Shown one piece after another: positions 18,953 to 25,988 of a DNA stretch of 32,000 bases. Each line of letters opens with the position of its first letter. Position 1 is the first letter of the stretch. The position numbers and the translations under genes are program-made. Origin of the DNA: Candidatus Saccharimonadota bacterium (GTDB taxonomy: Bacteria; Patescibacteriota; Saccharimonadia; Saccharimonadales; Saccharimonadaceae); NCBI GenBank assembly GCA_039920285.1, contig JBDSDX010000001.1, positions 270,001 to 302,000 on the forward strand, in the 5' to 3' direction. Below the pieces are notes generated by a model. It was not told the DNA's origin. It did not search any database and worked only from the letters and a program-made list of their open reading frames with translations.

Positions 18953-20581
18953 ATGCTAAGTTTACGTACAACAATCTCGAAGGCGAACAGTAAACTGCCG
19001 CTGCGACTCGCGGCGGGGCTACTAGCCGGCTCGAGTCTGCTGGCAAGTTTGCTGGGGTTGTTCCGTGACCGTTTACTTAATGGACAATATCTTGATACCT
19101 ATAAAGTTGGGCTAGACGCATATACGGTTGCGTTCACGATTCCTGACTTTATGTTCTTTATCCTCGTGTCGGGCGCACTCAGCGTGACCTTTATCCCAGT
19201 CTTCAACCAGAGGCTCGCAACCGGTAATAAGAAATCTGCTTGGGAGTTATCAACCAGCATGGTCAACTTCATGGCATTGGTGACTTTGATTGCCTCGGTT
19301 CTGATTATCATATTTGCAGATCCATTGGTTCGTTATGTGGTTGGACCTGGTCTTGATGAATCGGGTCGTTCACTGGCAGTGAGCATGATGCGTGTGATAG
19401 CCGTCAACCCATTCCTCTTTGCGGTAGCGACGGTGATTGCGAGTATGCAACAAGCGGTTGGTCGATTTGCATTCTTTGCTCTCGCGCCGACAGTGTATAA
19501 CGTCGGTATTATTATTGGAACTGTCTTTTTCACGAATGGGATTAACTTGTTCGGTTGGCAAGTCTTCGATGGCGGTATTATGGGGGTTGCGCTTGGTGTG
19601 GTTCTCGGTTCAATGATGCAGCTAGTGGTGAGTAGCATCGGGTTATTCGGTATGGGCTTCGATTATCGTTTTAAAATTTATTTCAAAAATAAAGGCTTCC
19701 GTCAGGTACTGAGATTACTACCACCGCGTTCGCTCGACCAAGGGATTGATTACGTGAATAGTATTGTCGAGACTAACTTGGCGTCGCGTATGATCGACGG
19801 AAGTATTCGTGCATACCAACAGGCGAGCTCACTGGCCTACGTACCAATTAACTTGATTGGTGTTGCGATCAGTACGGCCGCATTCCCCAAGATGACAGAA
19901 CGCTTAGGTCAGGGCAGACCTGACCTATTTAAGAGCGAACTTCAAGCAGTACTCCGGGTAATCATCTGGCTCGCACTTCCCGTCACAGTTATTGCGTTCT
20001 TCGGACGTGGCTACCTCGTTAACTTTATTAAGAATGGTGGAGACAATTATATTGCGAGTATCCTTGGAGTATTGGCGATCGCGATCCTCTTTCGTTCGAT
20101 CTACTTTATCTCGGCGCGTAGTTTTTATGCTCAGCAAGACACGAAGACACCTCTCTACATTTCATTGTTTACGATTGCACTCAATATTACACTGGCCGTG
20201 TGGTTTACATTGGGACTAGGAATGGGTGTCCACGGACTTGCCTGGGCGGCTGTGATTGTATCGGTTGTCGAAGTCTCAATCCTGTTCTTTATAATGTCGA
20301 AACGTATTAGGGGATTGTTTGATAAAGTGTTCGTTCACGCGATTGCACGCATGGCGAGTGCAGCGGGATTTATGACCATCATTACGTATATCGGAGTGTC
20401 GATCTTCCCACTTAATGCAGACGACCAAAGCTTCTTGGCATCCTTCCCGAAGTTTGCACTTATTGTCATGGTGAGCATTGGAGCGTATTTCTTCTTTAGC
20501 TACCTCTTGAAATTACAGGAAGTCGCCCCTATACTCCTAAGGATCCAAAAGATTCTGTTTAAACGCCCAGGGAAAGATTAA
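18953..20581 (+). CDS. murJ: lipid II flippase MurJ (MviN family)
   Basis: 542 aa with about 14 TM helices. The N-terminal SRLLGLxRD-type motif is present (SLLGLFRDRLL). Confidence 0.88.
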   Translation: MLSLRTTISKANSKLPLRLAAGLLAGSSLLASLLGLFRDRLLNGQYLDTYKVGLDAYTVAFTIPDFMFFILVSGALSVTFIPVFNQRLATGNKKSAWELSTSMVNFMALVTLIASVLIIIFADPLVRYVVGPGLDESGRSLAVSMMRVIAVNPFLFAVATVIASMQQAVGRFAFFALAPTVYNVGIIIGTVFFTNGINLFGWQVFDGGIMGVALGVVLGSMMQLVVSSIGLFGMGFDYRFKIYFKNKGFRQVLRLLPPRSLDQGIDYVNSIVETNLASRMIDGSIRAYQQASSLAYVPINLIGVAISTAAFPKMTERLGQGRPDLFKSELQAVLRVIIWLALPVTVIAFFGRGYLVNFIKNGGDNYIASILGVLAIAILFRSIYFISARSFYAQQDTKTPLYISLFTIALNITLAVWFTLGLGMGVHGLAWAAVIVSVVEVSILFFIMSKRIRGLFDKVFVHAIARMASAAGFMTIITYIGVSIFPLNADDQSFLASFPKFALIVMVSIGAYFFFSYLLKLQEVAPILLRIQKILFKRPGKD

Positions 20582-22360
20582 ATGAACCAAGACCAGATCC
20601 GAAATTTCTGTATTATTGCCCACATCGACCATGGTAAATCAACACTCGCAGACCGCATGCTTGAGCTCACTGGGACAGTACAAAAGCGTGATATGAAATC
20701 ACAGCTACTTGATAGCATGGACTTAGAGCGCGAAAAGGGTATTACGATTAAGCTCGCGCCAGTCCGTATGAAATACCAAGGATACGACTTGAACCTCATC
20801 GATACTCCCGGTCACGTTGACTTTAGTTATGAAGTGAGCCGTTCTCTTCAGGCCTGTGAAAGTGCCATTCTTGTGGTTGATGCGAGTCAAGGTATTCAAG
20901 CACAGACACTCGCGAACGTGTACTTAGCGCTGGCTGCTGATCTGACTATTATTCCAGTCCTAAATAAAATTGACCTTCCTGCTGCTGACGTCCCTCGTGT
21001 CAGTGCTGAAATTATTAACTTGCTTGGTTGTAGTGAGGATGACATTCTCAAGATCAGTGCCAAGACGGGTGAGGGTGTTTTGGAAGTGCTAGATGCGGTG
21101 ATTGAACGGTCCGCTTCGCCGCAAGGTGACAGTGAATCGCCAACACGTGCATTGATTTTTGATAGTTATTACGATGATTATCGTGGAGTGATTTTATATA
21201 CTCGTGTTGTCGATGGCTCGATTAAAAAAGGTGACGTCATTGAAATGATGGCAACCAATGCCAATGGTATTGCCTTAGAGGTTGGCTCGCTTCAACCAGC
21301 TATGAGTTCGAACCCAGAACTGACCAGTGGAGAGATCGGATATATTGTTACCAACCTTCGCACAACTCGTGATGCACGGGTAGGTGATACGGTCACCACA
21401 AGACGTTCACATACCGATACGCAACTACCTGGGTATAAACTCGTGCAACCATTTGTGTATGCCGGGTTTTTCCCTATTAGTAATGATGAATATCAAGCGC
21501 TCAAAGATGCGGTTGAAAAACTTAGCCTGAGTGACTCTGCGCTGCAGTTTGAGCCAGAGAATTCGCCAGTCCTTGGGTTTGGTGTTCGGATTGGATTCCT
21601 TGGGCTTCTTCATATGGATATTATCCGCGAGCGTCTCGAGCGAGAATATGATCTTGACCTTGTTGTCACTAACCCATCGACCGACTATCACGTTACTTTG
21701 TCGTCCGGCGAAGAGCTCGACATAAAAAGTGCGAGTGAATTACCCGATGTCAGTCGTGTGAAAGAAATACGCGAGCCGTGGATTAAAGGTGAGATTGTTG
21801 TGCCAGCAAATTATATCGGCGGTGTGATTCAACTTATTGTGAACAAACGGGGACTGCAGACAAACCTTAGCTATATTGATGAACGTGCGTTGATTAGTTT
21901 TGAAGCACCTCTAGCAAATCTTTTGACTGATTTTTATGACCAACTGAAATCAATAACGAGCGGGTATGGCTCATTTAACTACGAACTTGATGACTATCGC
22001 ATTGAAGATCTTGTCCGTATTGATTTTTATGTCGCCGGTGAAATGATCGACGCACTCAGTGTGATGGCGCACCGCAGTGAAGCGCAGTCACTAGGACGGA
22101 CTGTCGTCGACAAATTAAAAGAAGTGATACCGCGTCAAAATTTCCAAGTCTCACTCCAAGCTGGTATTGGCGGAAAGTTTATCGCTCGTGCTGACCTTTC
22201 GGCATACCGCAAGGATGTGACAACAGGCTTGTACGGTGGCGACGTCTCTCGTAAAAAGAAGGTACTCGCGAAACAGGCAAAAGGAAAAAAGCGCATGAAG
22301 CGCTTCGGTAAAGTTGATATTCCGTCAGAAGCATTTACGGTGATGTTGAAACGCGACTAG
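20582..22360 (+). CDS. lepA: elongation factor 4 (LepA)
   Basis: IRNFCIIAHIDHGKSTLADR, DTPGHVDF and NKID G-motifs, plus a LepA-specific C-terminal domain. The ATG directly abuts the murJ stop. Confidence 0.98.
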   Translation: MNQDQIRNFCIIAHIDHGKSTLADRMLELTGTVQKRDMKSQLLDSMDLEREKGITIKLAPVRMKYQGYDLNLIDTPGHVDFSYEVSRSLQACESAILVVDASQGIQAQTLANVYLALAADLTIIPVLNKIDLPAADVPRVSAEIINLLGCSEDDILKISAKTGEGVLEVLDAVIERSASPQGDSESPTRALIFDSYYDDYRGVILYTRVVDGSIKKGDVIEMMATNANGIALEVGSLQPAMSSNPELTSGEIGYIVTNLRTTRDARVGDTVTTRRSHTDTQLPGYKLVQPFVYAGFFPISNDEYQALKDAVEKLSLSDSALQFEPENSPVLGFGVRIGFLGLLHMDIIRERLEREYDLDLVVTNPSTDYHVTLSSGEELDIKSASELPDVSRVKEIREPWIKGEIVVPANYIGGVIQLIVNKRGLQTNLSYIDERALISFEAPLANLLTDFYDQLKSITSGYGSFNYELDDYRIEDLVRIDFYVAGEMIDALSVMAHRSEAQSLGRTVVDKLKEVIPRQNFQVSLQAGIGGKFIARADLSAYRKDVTTGLYGGDVSRKKKVLAKQAKGKKRMKRFGKVDIPSEAFTVMLKRD

Positions 22361-22989
22361 TTTTCTTCAGCGCGTTTTGCAAGCTGCTCAAGTATTATTC
22401 GTTCGACATCATCTTTTGGAAGACTTGCATCAACTTCAATTAATAGTCCTACGCCGCGGTAATAATCGATGACAGGAAGCGTTTTCATCTTGAACTCATC
22501 GATGCGTTTGAAGATTTTTTCCTTGTCATCATCAGCACGGATACCACGCTCGGTTGCGTTTTCTTCAAGATCGAGTCGTTCAATCGCAGCAGCTTCATCA
22601 AGAGTTAAATAGATAACAGCTTTCAATGGATGACCCGATTCATTCAATGCACCGATAACACCCTCTTCTTCACCGTGCCAGCGTCCGACAGAACTCAGCA
22701 TAAGTGGGTGTCCATTGAGGTCGTCTTTCTTCAAGTAGGGAAGGACGATATCGATAAAGTCTTGTGTTGGGGCAAGTTCGCCACGATCTATCATCTCTTT
22801 GGTTTTAGGAGGAATGACGCTGTTTCGGAAAATATCCCCGCTGCTGAGTGTAATACCACCAAAGCGCTCATCAAGACGTTTTGCTTGACTATCTTTTCCC
22901 GCAAAAGGAAGTCCAAAGAAGTTAATTGAACCTGAGCCGAGCCACGTGGCAAGCTCGGGTGTCTTTTTGAAATCTATCATTAACGACAA
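22357..22989 (-). CDS. adenylate-kinase-family (NMP kinase) paralog with divergent motifs
   Basis: GLPFAGKDSQ compares with Adk GAPGAGKGTQ, and LSSGDIFR with ISTGDMLR. RADDDKEKIFKRIDEFKMKTLPVIDYY matches the Adk C-terminal pattern. The likely true start is ATG 22980, 9 nt after a TATACT box; the ORF-track start at 22989 is TTG. Confidence 0.65.
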   Translation of the reverse strand: MSLMIDFKKTPELATWLGSGSINFFGLPFAGKDSQAKRLDERFGGITLSSGDIFRNSVIPPKTKEMIDRGELAPTQDFIDIVLPYLKKDDLNGHPLMLSSVGRWHGEEEGVIGALNESGHPLKAVIYLTLDEAAAIERLDLEENATERGIRADDDKEKIFKRIDEFKMKTLPVIDYYRGVGLLIEVDASLPKDDVERIILEQLAKRAEEN

Positions 22990-23030
22990 AGTATACGAGA
23001 GCTAGCGTGCAATTACAAGCGCAAGCGCCG

Positions 23031-23070
23031 CTAGCACTCATTGACACAGAGTGCTAGAAAGCGGTAAAAT
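23031..23070 (+). promoter_or_regulatory. CIRCE operator (CTAGCACTC-N9-GAGTGCTAG) interleaved with the hrcA promoter (TTGACA-18-TAAAAT)
   Basis: A perfect 9-bp inverted repeat with a 9-nt spacer, one mismatch per arm from the consensus TTAGCACTC-N9-GAGTGCTAA. The TTGACA box (23041-23046) lies inside the spacer. The -10 (23065-23070) ends 6 nt before the hrcA ATG. Confidence 0.85.
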
Positions 23071-23076
23071 ACAGAT

Positions 23077-23790
23077 ATGACAGATCGTCAAAGAGAGATC
23101 CTTGCCGCTATCATCGAGCAACATGCCGAGATTGCAGCACCTGTCGGGAGTGTTATGCTCGCGAAGCTTTTTGGTGTCTCAAGCGCGACAATTCGCAGTG
23201 AGATGGCACGACTTGAAGATATGGGCTTTATTGTCCAGCCACACACGAGTGCTGGCCGTATCCCAACTGACGCTGGCTATCGTTTCTACGTTAATAGCTT
23301 GAATGACCAACACGCCAACGAAGTCCAGCCACTTCTGCTTGATCGCAGTGCGAGAGCGATTGATGCCCGTGTGAATCCTCACTCTGATCGTGCTGACCGT
23401 GCAATTCGTAGTGCAGTTGATAGCTTAGTTGAATTGACCCAAAATCTTGGTATAGCCACGATTGGTGACGAGCTGTATCTCAGCGGCATTGGCAATCTCT
23501 TTTCACAACCTGAATTCTTGCAAGGTAATCATGCTCAAGCTGTCGCCCAGCTTATTGATAATCTTGAACCGTGGCTTCGTGAAGCTGCCCCAAATGAACC
23601 GCTCAACGTTTATATTGGATCAGAAAATCCTATCGGTAAAACGAGTGGTGCAACATTGATCATCAGTCGTTTCCGTTCACCATACAGTGATAATAGTTAT
23701 ATTGGTGTACTTGGGCCAACTCGTCAGAGTTATGCCAAAGTGATGCGACTTGTTCGTCACACCGGCGCAATGTTAGAGGAGATTTTATAA
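23077..23790 (+). CDS. hrcA: heat-inducible transcription repressor HrcA, short form (237 aa)
   Basis: The N-terminal winged-HTH REILAAIIEQHAEIAAPVGSVMLAKLFGVSSATIRSEMARLEDMGFIVQPHTSAGRIPTDAGYRFYV is typical of HrcA. It lies upstream of grpE and is preceded by CIRCE. Confidence 0.9.
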   Translation: MTDRQREILAAIIEQHAEIAAPVGSVMLAKLFGVSSATIRSEMARLEDMGFIVQPHTSAGRIPTDAGYRFYVNSLNDQHANEVQPLLLDRSARAIDARVNPHSDRADRAIRSAVDSLVELTQNLGIATIGDELYLSGIGNLFSQPEFLQGNHAQAVAQLIDNLEPWLREAAPNEPLNVYIGSENPIGKTSGATLIISRFRSPYSDNSYIGVLGPTRQSYAKVMRLVRHTGAMLEEIL

Positions 23791-23791
23791 T

Positions 23792-24268
23792 ATGCCAACA
23801 GATAAACCAAAGAATAAAAAAGATGCAGAGTTTGAACAAAAACTTGGCGAGCTGACACTTGACCTTCAACGAACACGCGCTGATTTTGAAAATTATCGCA
23901 AACGAGTCGATCTTGAAAAAACGTCTGCTCGCGAAGCAGGACAGGCGAGTGCAATTTTGAAACTTCTCCCCGTTATTGATAATATTGAGCGTGCCATTGC
24001 CTATATTCCTGAAGAACTGAAAGATAACAGTTGGGTACAGAGTGTTTCCGGACTGGTGAAGCACCTCGAGAAGTCACTCGATAGCCTGAATCTTGGGCGT
24101 ATTGATGCGAAACCGGGGACGCCATTTGACCCTGAATTCCATGAAGCGATTCAATTCGATGAAGATGCTGAAGGTGATACTGAAGTGATCGCTGAAGAAC
24201 TTCAAGCCGGCTATACATTAAATGGCACAGTCATCCGCCACGCTATGGTAAAAGTGACAAAGCAATAA
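23792..24268 (+). CDS. grpE: nucleotide exchange factor GrpE
   Basis: 158 aa with a coiled-coil segment (RTRADFENYRKR) and a C-terminal beta domain (FDPEFHEAI, GYTLNGTVIRHAMVKV). Confidence 0.93.
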   Translation: MPTDKPKNKKDAEFEQKLGELTLDLQRTRADFENYRKRVDLEKTSAREAGQASAILKLLPVIDNIERAIAYIPEELKDNSWVQSVSGLVKHLEKSLDSLNLGRIDAKPGTPFDPEFHEAIQFDEDAEGDTEVIAEELQAGYTLNGTVIRHAMVKVTKQ

Positions 24269-24287
24269 ACTGCTATAATTGATCCAT

Positions 24288-24821
24288 ATGGATCCTACAA
24301 CACTCTCCCCACAAGAACCAATTCAACCCACTGCAACACCTGTTCCACTGTCTGCTCCTGCAAAATTACAGGCACATGTCGACTATCTTCCCGGCATTAC
24401 TATTTTTGGTGCGACAAGTGCGCTACTTGAGTGGTCGGCAGATGACCGTATCAAATTCTTTAAGATGGACTCAAATACGAATCAAGCAACTGAGGTACTT
24501 TTTGATGTGCCATATGGCCAAATCGAATCTGTGAGTGGTTCGATGGTGATGCTCACCTTCAAAGTCGCGGGCAAGAAGTATAATGCTCAATTCTCACGAA
24601 CAGCTATGGCTGGGCTTGGTGTAGGTGGCGTTGTGGGTATTGCCGTCGCTGCCAACCGAAGCAATGCTTCAGGTATTAATGAATGGCTTGAAATGTTTAA
24701 ACAACACAATGTTAATACGAATGGATTCAAAGGACTGGGTTGGTCGGTGAAATGGGGACTGATTATCACTGGGATTATTCTCGTTGTGGTGGTTGTGATT
24801 GCTCTTACGACCTACCGTTAG
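24288..24821 (+). CDS. hypothetical membrane-anchored protein (Pro/Thr/Gln-rich N-terminus, C-terminal TM)
   Basis: The ORF has its own extended -10 (TGCTATAAT, 24271-24279), 8 nt before ATG 24288. The C-terminal TM is GLIITGIILVVVVVIALT. I recognised no family. Confidence 0.6.
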   Translation: MDPTTLSPQEPIQPTATPVPLSAPAKLQAHVDYLPGITIFGATSALLEWSADDRIKFFKMDSNTNQATEVLFDVPYGQIESVSGSMVMLTFKVAGKKYNAQFSRTAMAGLGVGGVVGIAVAANRSNASGINEWLEMFKQHNVNTNGFKGLGWSVKWGLIITGIILVVVVVIALTTYR

Positions 24822-24828
24822 TCGCTTA

Positions 24829-25179
24829 CTAGAGATTTGAGATAGCAGCTAGGATAAATAATCCAAGGTTGAGCACAGTACCAAAACTTCCGAGGATGAT
24901 AAGTCCGACACTCTTAGTCCTGACACCTATAGAGAGCGTGTAGGCGCCGAGAATAGCAACAAGGGCTAATGAATAACCGACGAAAAGACTAATAATAAAT
25001 CCAGCAATACTGATGATACCTAAGATTAAGCCGATTCGTTGCTGCTTGTTTGTATTTTCTTGATTGAGCGGTACGACTCCAGAGACAACGCTTGCAGATG
25101 GAGAAGGTTGTGCGATAGGGGGTGTTGCGGGAGTAGTAGTTGTTGGTACAGGTGATTGTTGTGGGTCGGTTGGGTTCAT
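24829..25179 (-). CDS. small membrane protein, DUF4190-like, with a Pro/Thr-rich N-terminus
   Basis: Internal ATG 25179 is preceded by SD AGGAG. After it come MNPTDPQQSPVPTTTTPATPP and then 3 TM helices (GLILGIISIAGFIISLFVGY...). The upstream 84 codons of the track ORF lack coding character and cross terminator hairpins. Confidence 0.65.
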   Translation of the reverse strand: MNPTDPQQSPVPTTTTPATPPIAQPSPSASVVSGVVPLNQENTNKQQRIGLILGIISIAGFIISLFVGYSLALVAILGAYTLSIGVRTKSVGLIILGSFGTVLNLGLFILAAISNL

Positions 25180-25232
25180 GGGATACTCCTTATTGTTGTT
25201 ACTTATTATACCGAAATTATTATGAACAAAAC

Positions 25233-25261
25233 AAAACCACCCGAAGTGTAGGTGGTTTTTT
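25233..25261 (-). terminator. intrinsic terminator (bidirectional form) downstream of the 25334-25786 gene
   Basis: AAAACCACC-CGAAGTGTA-GGTGGTTTTTT. The minus strand reads AAAAAACCACC...GGTGGTTTTGTTTTGTT. Confidence 0.7.
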
Positions 25262-25271
25262 GATAATGTGT

Positions 25272-25312
25272 GGTTTCGAGCAGGCAGAAGAGATGACTTC
25301 CTGCTCGAAACC
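25272..25312. other. perfect 13-bp stem / 15-nt loop hairpin
   Basis: GGTTTCGAGCAGG-cagaagagatgactt-CCTGCTCGAAACC, lying between the stop at 25334 and the terminator. No U-tract follows. Confidence 0.6.
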
Positions 25313-25333
25313 AGCGGGGTGCTGGGAGGTAGG

Positions 25334-25786
25334 TCAGTTGCATTTCCAATAGGTGTAGACGTAGTACTCGACTTCGGCGTCAGGTTCGGAGAAGGTACCG
25401 ACCTTGGCGTGCGGGAATGTCCCCAAAACACGTTGAATCTGTTTGCGCTTCATCTTCCCTTGAGGGAGAACGTAGTGCGAGACTCGAATGTTTGGAAACT
25501 GCGCACGGTGATAATCGGTCATCATCTTGGGCGTGAAACCCTCATGTCCAATAACAAAGTACTGGAGACCCGAACCGTTGGTTCCGAACAGTATCTCGGC
25601 GAGATACTGCAAGACACCTTGTGGTTTGGTTTGTTGTGGGTAAAGATCAGCCATAATCCCCTGAAGGACAGGTTCATCTTGGTTGATCGAAATGCGAGTG
25701 TCGGTCACTCTTGGTGCCTCATTCTGTCTGCTCGTTGTAAATGGAAAACCCGCCTCATGTTCTGCGGGTTTGTACTGGTAGATCAC
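25334..25786 (-). CDS. hypothetical protein, no recognised family; start uncertain (GTG 25786 or ATG 25654)
   Basis: The ORF is followed by two hairpins. ATG 25654 (MADLYPQQ...) is preceded by AGGGGA. The region upstream of it contains a palindrome and a terminator-like hairpin. The opposite-strand ORF 25268-25813 looks less protein-like. Confidence 0.5.
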   Translation of the reverse strand: MIYQYKPAEHEAGFPFTTSRQNEAPRVTDTRISINQDEPVLQGIMADLYPQQTKPQGVLQYLAEILFGTNGSGLQYFVIGHEGFTPKMMTDYHRAQFPNIRVSHYVLPQGKMKRKQIQRVLGTFPHAKVGTFSEPDAEVEYYVYTYWKCN

Positions 25787-25800
25787 GAATTAATTCGTGA
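25783..25800. promoter_or_regulatory. perfect 18-bp palindrome TCACGAATTAATTCGTGA just downstream of the minus-strand promoter
   Basis: Read directly from the sequence. It is a candidate operator or 5' RNA hairpin. Confidence 0.5.
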
Positions 25801-25812
25801 AGGCCGTACATG

Positions 25813-25841
25813 ATAATAGTCCTCTACCGAGAGAAAATCAA
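25813..25841 (-). promoter_or_regulatory. candidate sigma70-type promoter TTGATT-17-TATTAT for the 25334-25786 transcription unit
   Basis: The minus strand reads TTGATT (25841-25836), a 17-nt spacer, then TATTAT (25818-25813). Confidence 0.45.
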
Positions 25842-25856
25842 TATGTATGTTGTATA

Positions 25857-25894
25857 TTGGCACTCTTGACATGAGAGTGCCAACTTTGTACAAT
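25857..25894 (+). promoter_or_regulatory. CIRCE operator (TTGGCACTC-N9-GAGTGCCAA) interleaved with the dnaK promoter (TTGACA-17-TACAAT)
   Basis: A perfect 9-bp inverted repeat with a 9-nt spacer. TTGACA (25866-25871) lies inside the spacer, and TACAAT is at 25889-25894. Confidence 0.85.
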
Positions 25895-25902
25895 GAGAGT
25901 AA

Positions 25903-25929
25903 TTGGCAAACTCAGTCCGAGAGTGCTAA
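25903..25929 (+). promoter_or_regulatory. second, half-degenerate CIRCE-like element in the dnaK 5' UTR
   Basis: TTGGCAAAC-N9-GAGTGCTAA. The right arm is consensus and the left arm matches 6/9. Confidence 0.5.
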
Positions 25930-25988
25930 AATAAGGTATAGAGAATAGATAAGAATTCAGACACATTCTAAGTATAAGGAGAGTATAT

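Noticed and set aside
25268-25813. 181-aa plus-strand ORF opposite the 25334-25786 gene
   Set aside because: It runs through the terminator and hairpin structures and the palindrome. It has no SD or promoter, and its translation looks less protein-like than the minus-strand frame. This call has low certainty.
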